A DNA stretch of 12,145 bases from Zestosphaera tikiterensis (GTDB taxonomy: Archaea; Thermoproteota; Thermoprotei_A; Sulfolobales; NBVN01). The position numbers were made by a program, and so were the translations under genes. This document shows, one piece after another, positions 1 through 7,810 of this stretch. Under the pieces are notes generated by a model. The model was not told the origin of the DNA. It did no database searches and worked only from the letters and a program-made list of their open reading frames with translations. Position 1 is the stretch's first letter. Each line of letters starts with the position of its first letter. The stretch is from NCBI GenBank assembly GCA_003056265.1, contig NBVN01000010.1, positions 1-12,145 on the forward strand, read 5' to 3'.

Positions 1-214
1 CAGTAAGAAGATTAGAGTTAGACAGACTAGGAGTATTATCAACTACAACAACAGCCTCCACCCACCCAACACCACCTCTAGGAGACGTTGATACAGTTAC
101 CTGACTCTGCTCAAATCTATGATGTAATACAAAATATGATATGGATATGAATATAAAGCCTATTAACACCAAAACTATAACCATAATTACTAAGTTAACA
201 TTCGTCTCATTCAC
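1..214 (-). CDS. Hypothetical membrane-anchored protein, N-terminal part only (ORF runs off the window at position 1)
   Basis: The minus-strand frame is open from 277 to the window edge. Candidate starts are TTG 217, GTG 214 and ATG 184. A TATA-like AAATATAAG (reverse complement of 239-247) sits 26-29 nt upstream of the TTG/GTG, which fits a leaderless mRNA. Translation is VNETNVNLVIMVIVLVLIGFIFISISYFVLHHRFEQSQVTVSTSPRGGVGWVEAVVVVDNTPSL..., one N-terminal hydrophobic helix followed by a Ser/Thr/Val-rich segment. No family recognised. Confidence 0.3.
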   Translation of the reverse strand, partial: MNETNVNLVIMVIVLVLIGFIFISISYFVLHHRFEQSQVTVSTSPRGGVGWVEAVVVVDNTPSLSNSNLLT

Positions 215-688
215 CAACCTACATTCTAGGATAAACCACTTATATTTCTTAACTTTTCTAATAAATGAGTAAAAATACTACAGAAATCAGTACGTAAACT
301 CCGTTATTAGTTTTAGGAGATTAGTCTACGTTGATCTCTTTATGAACACTATTTGTAATAAATATAATAAGTAGAGATATGAAGATCCTTCAGGGGATTC
401 CATATTGTTAGAAGTGATTATGTTACCTAAAGGCATTAGCAATTGCATTGTATTACAGATAATGTACTTATAGAGAATGGTATATTCTTTAAAGGCGAGA
501 AACGGAAGAGGTTGAGAATGTTGCTGAACGAGTGTGTGCTCAGACGTCATTATGCGTTATGGCTTGATACGCCTCCTGCGCTAATTGTGCAAGTCGCAGT
601 TGCGACCTCAAAACGCGCTACTACATACGCTTTCATCACGCACTAGGATGTTGTTTCGTTTTGGCGTTCCCTTGTCTATTGATGATGT

Positions 689-1177
689 TTGGAAGATGCT
701 GATCGTTTAAGGGATCTTCTCCCATGTTTGGGTGAATTGGGGGATGCTGGCCGAGAGTCTTATAGGCATGGTGATGCTGGCAGGCCTCCTAGAAATCCTC
801 TTAACATATTGAAAGCCTTAGCGGTCAAGCTTGTAAGGAACATTCAAAGCGATAGAGAGCTGCAGAGGCGCTTGTGAAGTGATCTTACTTACGATACTGT
901 GGAAATTGTAGAATACGTAGTTAACCATCCAAGTAAATGAGTTAGAAACGCCTTTAGACATTACATTCAATACTTATACTGTACTGTAAAAGGAGAATAT
1001 CGCCTAAAAACGCTCAGTTGGATTACAGGGGTGGTGCCTCCAAGAAGTTATAAATTAGACGTTAGACCATATCAAATAAGCTTAGAAGAAGTTAAAACAT
1101 TAAAATTCCTTAAAACAAACATCAAATATACTACTTTAAAATATCTGGAGTTGATCAGTCGGAATGGACTTTGTTAA
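689..1177 (+). pseudogene. IS5/IS1182-type transposase remnant (DUF772-like N-terminal region) with two in-frame TGA stops and no DDE catalytic domain
   Basis: A single reading frame runs 689-1177, broken by TGA at 875-877 and 938-940 and ended by TAA at 1175-1177. The segment GDAGRPPRNPLNILKALAVKLVRNIQSDRELQRRL*SDLTY...HPSK*VRNAFRHYI resembles the DUF772 consensus (GRP.y.p..llKal.l.y.y.iS.R.Le..l...l.f......P..st..rFR.rl). The frame ends about 160 codons in, before any DDE motif. Confidence 0.4.
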
Positions 1178-1527
1178 AACTTATGGGGGGAGAGTATATA
1201 CCTTGAACTTTATTAGATGATAAAGATTAGTTCTCTTCATAGAATATTGCGATAATTTTTAATGGCTCTATGCGGGTCTTTGAGTATGGAGCTATACGTG
1301 AATCTTCCTTTATACATGCTTTGTATGTATTGAAGCGTCTCCTCTACATACTTATTTGGCGTGTGGAGCGATATGAAAATCTATCTAATTTCTGTTAAGT
1401 CAAAGAAGGTCTTAGCTATTAAGCTATCGACATCAATCCTTACACAGCTCTGGATTTCGTACCTCTAGCACTAATAACATACTTTTCCTATCGTATATCC
1501 CCGCTGAGAATCAACTATACCTCACTC

Positions 1528-1785
1528 TTGCGGACTCTGAAGCTTAAAATACTGGGTAAAGTAGTTGACAGGAGAAAAGCATTAAGAACTACTGTAGCAG
1601 TAACTACTGTTTTAGCATTTATAAAGCTTCACATCTTCGCTACAGCATCATTAACGCTACTCACCGCAATTTATTTACCCATAGGTATAGTCTTGTGGAC
1701 AGACTACTTCCTGACATATAAAGGTTGGAAAGAAGTTAGGATAGGGGTGGGATGTGAGGGCCTTCGTATTGTGGTTTACGGGTAG
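1528..1785 (+). CDS. Hypothetical small membrane protein (85 aa), doubtful
   Basis: TTG-initiated ORF from the supplied track with a hydrophobic stretch (TTVAVTTVLAFIKLHIFATASLTLLTAIYLPIGIVLW). No SD motif and no recognisable family. Confidence 0.2.
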   Translation: MRTLKLKILGKVVDRRKALRTTVAVTTVLAFIKLHIFATASLTLLTAIYLPIGIVLWTDYFLTYKGWKEVRIGVGCEGLRIVVYG

Positions 1786-1858
1786 TGCGATAATTTACTG
1801 GTTATATTTTCTGATTTTCTGAAGGAGGTGGGGAATACTGCCAGGTTTCCTAGCTACA

Positions 1859-1870
1859 TTTTTAATATAT
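1859..1870 (+). promoter_or_regulatory. TATA-like box (TTTTTAATATAT) for the amidohydrolase gene
   Basis: A/T-rich box centred about 48 nt upstream of ATG 1912. The predicted transcription start near 1890 would leave a short leader carrying the SD-like GGTGA at 1899-1903. Confidence 0.35.
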
Positions 1871-1911
1871 GTTGCTTCCATGAAGATCCATGAGTTTCGG
1901 TGAAGTCAAAC

Positions 1912-3270
1912 ATGATCGTATCCGTTAGGGGTAGATACGTTATTACACATGAGGGTGAAGTGCTTAGAGATAAAGCTGTAGTGTTTGAAGAAAACCGCAT
2001 ACTGGCCGTAACTGATGTTGGTAGAGATGTGGAGTATAAACCGGAGGAGATTGTGGAGCGTAAACACCACATAGTTATGCCTGGATTCATCGACTGCCAC
2101 ACGCATACTCAACAAATACTTCTACGCACATCGATTAGCGATAGAGAGCTTCCGCTACCGCCGATCTGGACAAGGTATTTAATACCCTTTGAGAGAATGC
2201 TGGATGACGATCTCGCTTACCTTTCTTCACTTCTCAGCATAGCTGGCAAGATCAGCAGTGGAGTTGTATACTTCGTTGAAGCTGGTGCGCCCAGACCATA
2301 TGCCTTGATCAAGGCGTTGAAGGAAACAAAAATGCAGGGGGCAGTAACAATGTCTACATTCGACGTGCTTGATGGAGAGACGCCGAATACTCGTGAGGTT
2401 CTCGAAGAAGTTGAGAGACTTCTAGCTCACCGCAGTGAGGGTAATGATGTCTGGATCTCTATTAGGCAGGTTACGATGGCTACTAGAGAATTAATTGAAA
2501 AACTACGGGATCTAGCATTGAAGCACAACGTGGGTTTAACACTTCACCTCAGTGAATATCAAGGGGAGGTAGATTACACGCTTGCAAGCTATGGCATGAG
2601 GCCGCTGGAGTTTATAGACCATATTGGTTTAACTAGAGTAAAGCCGCTCGTGATAGCTCATGGAGTATACCTCTCAGAAGCTGAGATCAATATCGTTAAG
2701 AATAAGAATCTGGGGATCTGTTGGTGCCCCACAGTAGACTCCCTAGTTATGGGAGAGCACTGGATTCCTCTAAGCTATGATGATCTGCTCTTTGGAGTAG
2801 GCTCTGATGGTGGTGCTTTCACTAACCTTGACATACTGCATGAGCTTAAAGTGGCTAGAGCTCTTGGTAAAGCGATTAATGCTTCACTAAAGTACGATAA
2901 AACATCACTAGATTCGAAAACTCTGTTTAAAGCCGCTACTGGTTGGGGAGGCTCTATTGTAGGTAGGAGGATAGGGTTGAAGCCCGGTGATGAGGCAAGC
3001 TTCATCGTCATCAACCACAAGAATATCAAAACCATACCGCTATATGATCCTGTTGAAGCAGTTGTTTCATTTATTGAAGGAGAGTCTGTGACCGATGTTA
3101 TAGTTCGCGGAAACTTCTTGAAAAAGAACGGAGCTTTAACTACTATTGATAAAGAGAAGCTTGAAAACCTAATAATTGAGCTAATCCCTAAACTTGAAGA
3201 GAAGATCTACGAGCTGAAAATAAAACTACCTATTCAAAACATTTACTCACGCAGAGCTCTATATAGCTAG
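1912..3270 (+). CDS. Metal-dependent amidohydrolase of the cytosine/guanine/MTA-adenosine deaminase and chlorohydrolase group (COG0402-like)
   Basis: The ORF of about 452 aa carries the full set of amidohydrolase metal and catalytic motifs in canonical order: PGFIDCHTHT (HxH), LTLHLSE (His plus Glu), IAHGVYL (His) and GVGSDGG (Asp). The N-terminal beta-sandwich-type segment MIVSVRGRYVITHEGEVLRDKAVVFEENRILAV is typical of this group. ATG 1912 is preferred because GGTGA lies 8 nt upstream; the track ORF begins at the alternative GTG 1900. Confidence 0.9.
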   Translation: MIVSVRGRYVITHEGEVLRDKAVVFEENRILAVTDVGRDVEYKPEEIVERKHHIVMPGFIDCHTHTQQILLRTSISDRELPLPPIWTRYLIPFERMLDDDLAYLSSLLSIAGKISSGVVYFVEAGAPRPYALIKALKETKMQGAVTMSTFDVLDGETPNTREVLEEVERLLAHRSEGNDVWISIRQVTMATRELIEKLRDLALKHNVGLTLHLSEYQGEVDYTLASYGMRPLEFIDHIGLTRVKPLVIAHGVYLSEAEINIVKNKNLGICWCPTVDSLVMGEHWIPLSYDDLLFGVGSDGGAFTNLDILHELKVARALGKAINASLKYDKTSLDSKTLFKAATGWGGSIVGRRIGLKPGDEASFIVINHKNIKTIPLYDPVEAVVSFIEGESVTDVIVRGNFLKKNGALTTIDKEKLENLIIELIPKLEEKIYELKIKLPIQNIYSRRALYS

Positions 3271-3820
3271 AGGCTTAGGCTAGGCTGATGCTGTACTGCA
3301 AAGCCTCCTGCATACGTGACCTTAATAATGTTTTTAAACTCTTTAAGTCGCACATATCGAACAGCGTTTCATTAAGCTTCTCCCGCACATCTGAATTACT
3401 AGAGTTCGATGGCACCTAGAAGTTCAAGGATTTTCTGATTATTTAAAACTAACTAGCTTTTAAACTATCCCCTCTTGAGAGTTGTGTGGATTAGCTGTAG
3501 TTTTAAGAATTACTATTCTGCTAAGATCGATTCGGTAGCTTTTAAGCACGTTGGCATGCCATTATCTGGACTACTGGACTATTGGTGTTTCACGGTGATT
3601 ACGTTCTAAAATACCTAAACATACTTAGATAAAACCTCAGCTGTTGCGACAGGATCGCGGAGTTTAGAAACTACAGGAACAAGAACTGACTTCAACCCTT
3701 ACTTCAGAACTACATTGCTTAAGCACGTTGTTAAAGGTAAATAGAAAAACCGTGTAGTCCTTCAACATCTTCGCTATATGATATGAAGTGAGTAATTTGA
3801 ATCGGTAATTGGTTATTTTG

Positions 3821-3832
3821 GGCAATATTGCC
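3821..3832. repeat. Perfect 12-bp palindrome GGCAATATTGCC upstream of the transporter operon (function unknown)
   Basis: Read directly; the sequence is its own reverse complement. It lies 79-90 nt upstream of ATG 3911. Confidence 0.5.
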
Positions 3833-3858
3833 GTATTCGGCACTAGTGATGATAAGTT

Positions 3859-3885
3859 AATTGCTTAATTACTTAACAAGCAATT
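3859..3885. repeat. Inverted repeat AATTGCTT-N11-AAGCAATT abutting the putative TATA box of the transporter operon
   Basis: Arms at 3859-3866 and 3878-3885 are exact reverse complements. The right arm runs directly into TTTTTATAA (3884-3892). Confidence 0.45.
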
Positions 3886-3892
3886 TTTATAA
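3884..3892 (+). promoter_or_regulatory. TATA-like box (TTTTTATAA) for the BMP/ABC/phosphorylase operon
   Basis: A/T box centred about 23 nt upstream of ATG 3911 (26 nt upstream of GTG 3914), with no SD motif between them. This fits a leaderless or near-leaderless first gene. Confidence 0.4.
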
Positions 3893-3910
3893 CTCTTTAA
3901 ATAATAAATT

Positions 3911-5173
3911 ATGGTGATATATTTGGTATCATTGGGTAGGACTGCCTTAACGGTATTAGCCGTAGTCATTACCGCTATAGTAGTTGCTGGTGTCATGTAT
4001 GCTGCTGTACCTAAAGGTGGTCAGACGATAACTCAAACGGTTACAGTTACGGTAACTAAGACAGAGGCTGTAACACAGACTATTACGGCAACGCAGGTGG
4101 TAGCCACTACGACACCTACTCAGCATGTTAAGGCGGCGGTAATAATCAGGAAGAGGGGCGACTTAGGATTTAACGATATGGCATGGTTGGGCGGTCAGAT
4201 GGCTGTGAAGAACTTAGGTGCTACGGTGGAGTACTTCTACTATGAGAACGTGCCTATGGCACAGTACCTTGAGTTCCTTGAGAATATTGTTAGGAGGGGC
4301 TTTGACATAATCGTCGTTGTTAACTTTATGATGGCTGAGCAAGTGGCTGAGTTAGCTGATAAATACCCGAATCAGAAGTTCGCCATACTCGATGCGGTAG
4401 TTGAAGGTAAGCCTAACGTAATGTCAATAGTGTTTAAGGAGAATGAGGGCTCAGCTCTCGTGGGTGCGTTAGCAACGTACCTATCCAAGAGCGGTACGGT
4501 AGGTATAGTGCTAGGTATGGACATACCGCCATTATGGAAGTTCGAAATAGGTTATAAATGGGGCATACATTACGTTATGAACGAGACGGGTAGGAAGGTG
4601 AAGATACTTTGGGAATATGTAGGGACGTTCGGCGACCCTAATAAAGGTAAGGAAGCAGCTACCTTAATGCTGCAGCAGGGGGCTGACATCGTATATCACG
4701 CGGCAGGTGAGACCGGACTAGGAGTTATTGATGCGGTCTATGACTATTCTCAGAAGACAGGTAAGAAAGTTTATGCCATAGGAGTTGACGCACCGCAGGA
4801 ATGGATTCGCTCGGGCTACGTAATAGCTAGCATGGTTAAGCACGTGGAAGTAGCTGTCTATAAGGCCGTAGAGGATGTAGCTAAGGGAAGCTTCAAGGGA
4901 GGTGTTGTAGCATTAGGTATTAGGGAAGGAGGTGTAGACATAAGTAAGCCAGAGGACATAAAGATTATGATGGGCATAGCTGTAGAACTTAATCTAATGA
5001 GCCAGGACGAGGCAAACAAAGTATATAACGAAGTAATGAATTTAAGGAATTCGATACCTAGTGAAGTATGGGATAAGGTAATGTTGTTAAGGGAGAAAAT
5101 AATTCGCGGTGAAGTAAGCATACCTATACCAACAGCTGATACTATAGCCGAGTTAAGGCAGAGATATGGGTAA
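3911..5173 (+). CDS. BMP-family (PnrA/Med-like) ABC transporter substrate-binding protein, probably nucleoside-binding, with an N-terminal membrane anchor and Thr-rich linker
   Basis: The 420-aa ORF has an N-terminal hydrophobic helix (ALTVLAVVITAIVVAGVMYAAV) followed by a T/V/Q linker. The rest matches the BMP pattern: KYPNQKFAILDAVV..PNVMSIVFKENEGSALVGALA, GTFGDPNKGKEAA...GADIVYHAAGETGLGV, YAIGVDAPQ and KGSFKGG..ALGIREGGVDIS. Confidence 0.92.
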   Translation: MVIYLVSLGRTALTVLAVVITAIVVAGVMYAAVPKGGQTITQTVTVTVTKTEAVTQTITATQVVATTTPTQHVKAAVIIRKRGDLGFNDMAWLGGQMAVKNLGATVEYFYYENVPMAQYLEFLENIVRRGFDIIVVVNFMMAEQVAELADKYPNQKFAILDAVVEGKPNVMSIVFKENEGSALVGALATYLSKSGTVGIVLGMDIPPLWKFEIGYKWGIHYVMNETGRKVKILWEYVGTFGDPNKGKEAATLMLQQGADIVYHAAGETGLGVIDAVYDYSQKTGKKVYAIGVDAPQEWIRSGYVIASMVKHVEVAVYKAVEDVAKGSFKGGVVALGIREGGVDISKPEDIKIMMGIAVELNLMSQDEANKVYNEVMNLRNSIPSEVWDKVMLLREKIIRGEVSIPIPTADTIAELRQRYG

Positions 5174-5205
5174 TAAGGGCGCAGGTCTGCATTAGGTAAA
5201 TCAGG

Positions 5206-5215
5206 TTTTCTTTTT
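5206..5215 (+). terminator. T-rich tract (TTTTCTTTTT) between the binding-protein and ATPase genes; possible partial, attenuating terminator
   Basis: Archaeal termination commonly occurs at oligo-T tracts. This tract lies 33 nt after the binding-protein stop, inside the operon's only sizeable gap (107 nt). Confidence 0.25.
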
Positions 5216-5280
5216 CGAATAGGTTCTGCAACCACATCACAGGAAATCAGGGATCGGGTACGCTCAACCCATCTTCCCTG

Positions 5281-6771
5281 GTGATGTACTTGAGGGATAA
5301 GTTGGGAGAGATGGTGAACATACATAAGATCTACCCCGATGGTACGGTCGCGTTAAGAGGCGTTAACTTAGATATTTATGAAGGTGAGATGCTGGGTTTA
5401 TTAGGCGAGAATGGTGCTGGGAAGACTACGTTGATGAAGATTCTTTCCGGGTTGCTTAAGCCCACTAGAGGTGTAATAAGGATAAAGGGGAAGGAAGTTA
5501 AATTCCGTAGCCCTAAGGATGCACTCAGTTACGGCATAGGCATGGTACACCAGCACTTCACGCTGGTACCTCAGTTCACCGTGCTTGAGAACATAGTACT
5601 TGGCTCCGAGCCTAAGGTTAATAAGTTAATGATTGATTGGTCCCGAGCTGAGGAGGAGGTTAAAGAGTTAATGAAATTAACGGGGTTCAAGGTAGATCTT
5701 AACGCCAAGGTAGCTTCACTCCCAGTCGGTATGAAGCAGATGGCCGAGATACTTAAGGTACTATACAGGAACATAAGGCTACTAATACTTGACGAACCTA
5801 CATCAGCCTTAACACCTATCGAGGTTAAGTCATTCTTCAACGTCTTAAGGAAATTGAGAGAAGGAGGCGTAACGATCGTGTTCATAACCCATAAGATTAA
5901 GGAGGCGTTAGAAATAACTGATAGGATCGTAGTCCTTAGGAAAGGACTAGTTGAGGGAGTAATTAGCACTACTGAAGCAACGCCTCAGCTACTGGCAAGG
6001 ATGATGGTTAAGGTGGAGACTAAACCTATCATTAAGCCTGAGGTTAGCCCGAGTAGAGAGGTTTTAGTAGTTGAGGATCTCTGGGTTAGAGGTGACGATG
6101 GTAGGTACGTAGTTAAGGGTGCGTCATTTTGTGTTAGGGAGGGGGAGATCTACGGAATCCTTGGCGTTGAAGGTAATGGACAGAAAGAACTCGTAGAAGC
6201 TATAATCGGTTTAAGACGTTATGATAGGGGGAGGGTATTAGTAAGGAGTAATAGCAGGTTACTAGCTTATGTCCCACCCGATAGGACTACAGAAGGGTTG
6301 GTGCTAGAGATGCCCGTATGTGAGAACAGTATTTTAGGGATACATAAGATGTTTACCTTCGGCAAACTAGCGATCAATACTAGGAAGGTCGTAGTGCACG
6401 CTAATGAATTAGTAAGCAAGTACTCGATAGCAACGCCTAACATTAGAACTCCTGCTAAGTACTTAAGCGGGGGTAATCAGCAGAGATTAGTTATTGCGAG
6501 GGAGTTAAGTAAAGGCTCGGATCTACTTATCGTGGTTAACCCAACAAGAGGTCTTGACATTGCTTCAACTAATTACGTGAGGAAATTGTTAGTGGATCTC
6601 CGAAGTAACGGTAAGGCGATATTGCTGGTGACGGCGGATGTTGATGAAGCACTGGAGATTAGTGATAGGTTAGGTGTCATATACAATGGTAGGATCACAG
6701 GCGAGGATCTAGCTATGAATTTTACGGAGGAGAGGTTAGGCCTACTTATGGGGGGTGCTTTGAGGGAGTGA
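5281..6771 (+). CDS. ABC transporter ATP-binding protein with two fused nucleotide-binding domains (CUT2/BMP-nucleoside type)
   Basis: Domain 1 has Walker A GENGAGKTT, Walker B LLILDEPTS and the H-loop motif FITHK. Domain 2 has GVEGNGQKE, the signature LSGGNQQR and LLIVVNPTRGLD. The start is ambiguous among GTG 5281, ATG 5284 and ATG 5311. The stop overlaps the next gene's start (GTGA at 6768-6771). Confidence 0.95.
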   Translation: MMYLRDKLGEMVNIHKIYPDGTVALRGVNLDIYEGEMLGLLGENGAGKTTLMKILSGLLKPTRGVIRIKGKEVKFRSPKDALSYGIGMVHQHFTLVPQFTVLENIVLGSEPKVNKLMIDWSRAEEEVKELMKLTGFKVDLNAKVASLPVGMKQMAEILKVLYRNIRLLILDEPTSALTPIEVKSFFNVLRKLREGGVTIVFITHKIKEALEITDRIVVLRKGLVEGVISTTEATPQLLARMMVKVETKPIIKPEVSPSREVLVVEDLWVRGDDGRYVVKGASFCVREGEIYGILGVEGNGQKELVEAIIGLRRYDRGRVLVRSNSRLLAYVPPDRTTEGLVLEMPVCENSILGIHKMFTFGKLAINTRKVVVHANELVSKYSIATPNIRTPAKYLSGGNQQRLVIARELSKGSDLLIVVNPTRGLDIASTNYVRKLLVDLRSNGKAILLVTADVDEALEISDRLGVIYNGRITGEDLAMNFTEERLGLLMGGALRE

Positions 6772-7802
6772 TTAGGGAGTATTTAAGGGACGCAGCTACC
6801 TCACTAATAGCTATATTAATAGGCTTCCTAGTAGGTGCTATAATACTTCAGGTAGCTGGCTATGATCCTTTATACATCTACGGTTCCCTCATCAATAGTG
6901 CCTTCGGTAACTACTACGTTACCCTAAATACGTTAACGGCTATGATGCCGATAATGTTTACAGGAGCTGCAGCTACGTTAATGTTTAAGTCAGCTCTCTT
7001 TTTCATAGGTATGGAGGGTCAACTCTACATAGGCTCCATAACCGCTTTCCTCGTAGGTCACTTACTTCAGCTACCCGCAGGGCTTCATGCTATTATAGCT
7101 TTCTTAGCTGGCGGTTTAGGTGGGTTATTATGGGGTTTAGTACCTGGGTATCTCAGAGCTAGGTTCGGCGTTAACGAAACGGTAACTGCTATAATGCTTA
7201 ATTGGATAGCCATCCACTTCACCGATTATATAACGCAGTATGCTTTCGCAGATCCTAAAGCAACTATAGCTAGGACGTACAAGATATTGCCTACCGCGGT
7301 AATACCTAAGATAAGCCCTGAAGTACCGCTCAGTTGGGGTTTCGTAGTCGCCGTAATTGCCACTATATTGACTGGGTACCTTCTCTACAATACCGTAATA
7401 GGTTATGAGATAAGGGTGGTGGGGCTTAATCCGCATGTTGCTAGGGTAGCTAAGATTAGTATTGAGAGTACCTACCTAAGGGTATTCCTTATATCGGGCT
7501 TTCTTGCGGGGCTAGCTGGGGCTACCATGGTGTTAGGAGTCTTTAACTCGATAGTGTATAGGTTCTCGCCAGGCTACGGATGGGATGGGATTACCGCAGC
7601 ATTAATAGCTAGGAATAATCCCTACATGATCATACCAGCTTCACTTTTCCTAGCGGTACTCCGTTCCGGTTCTATAGGTATGATGGTAGGTGCCGGAGTG
7701 TCTAACGAGATGATTTTAGTTATTCAGGGGGTCATACTCATTTCTGCGGCGGTTCCTGAAGCATATATTCTACTCGCAAGATACGTTAAAGCTAGGAGGT
7801 AG
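6768..7802 (+). CDS. ABC transporter permease (BPD_transp_2 / RbsC-NupP-like), subunit 1
   Basis: The 344-aa protein is highly hydrophobic with multiple predicted transmembrane segments. Its GTG start overlaps the ATPase stop by 4 nt, and it sits in the gene position typical of BMP-type nucleoside transporters. Confidence 0.9.
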   Translation: MIREYLRDAATSLIAILIGFLVGAIILQVAGYDPLYIYGSLINSAFGNYYVTLNTLTAMMPIMFTGAAATLMFKSALFFIGMEGQLYIGSITAFLVGHLLQLPAGLHAIIAFLAGGLGGLLWGLVPGYLRARFGVNETVTAIMLNWIAIHFTDYITQYAFADPKATIARTYKILPTAVIPKISPEVPLSWGFVVAVIATILTGYLLYNTVIGYEIRVVGLNPHVARVAKISIESTYLRVFLISGFLAGLAGATMVLGVFNSIVYRFSPGYGWDGITAALIARNNPYMIIPASLFLAVLRSGSIGMMVGAGVSNEMILVIQGVILISAAVPEAYILLARYVKARR

Positions 7803-7810
7803 TGAACAAG

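Noticed and set aside
326-646. Mutually overlapping ORFs 326-550(-) and 443-646(+), plus a small hairpin GTCGC-AGTT-GCGAC near 593-606.
   Set aside because: Neither ORF has a recognisable motif, SD or promoter, and they overlap on opposite strands in an AT-rich patch. The hairpin has only a 5-bp stem and no further supporting structure, so I cannot support an RNA gene.
679-702. C/D-box sRNA-like signals: UUGAUGA (679-685) followed 13 nt later by CUGA (699-702). Further C-box-like strings are GUGAUGA (3846-3852) and AUGAUGA (9824-9830).
   Set aside because: None has the complete C-D'-C'-D arrangement. No second CUGA box occurs at the required distance (none within about 70 nt for the latter two), and there is no terminal stem.
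1821-1833. Strong SD-like GAAGGAGGTGGGG upstream of the amidohydrolase.
   Set aside because: The only start it could serve (GTG 1828) opens a 21-codon frame. It lies upstream of the predicted TATA box of the amidohydrolase gene, so it is probably fortuitous.
3543-3730. Direct repeat TTAAGCACGTTG at about 3543-3554 and 3719-3730 in the long spacer.
   Set aside because: About 4 to 17 identical 11-12-mer pairs are expected by chance in a window this size. There is no extended similarity around them.
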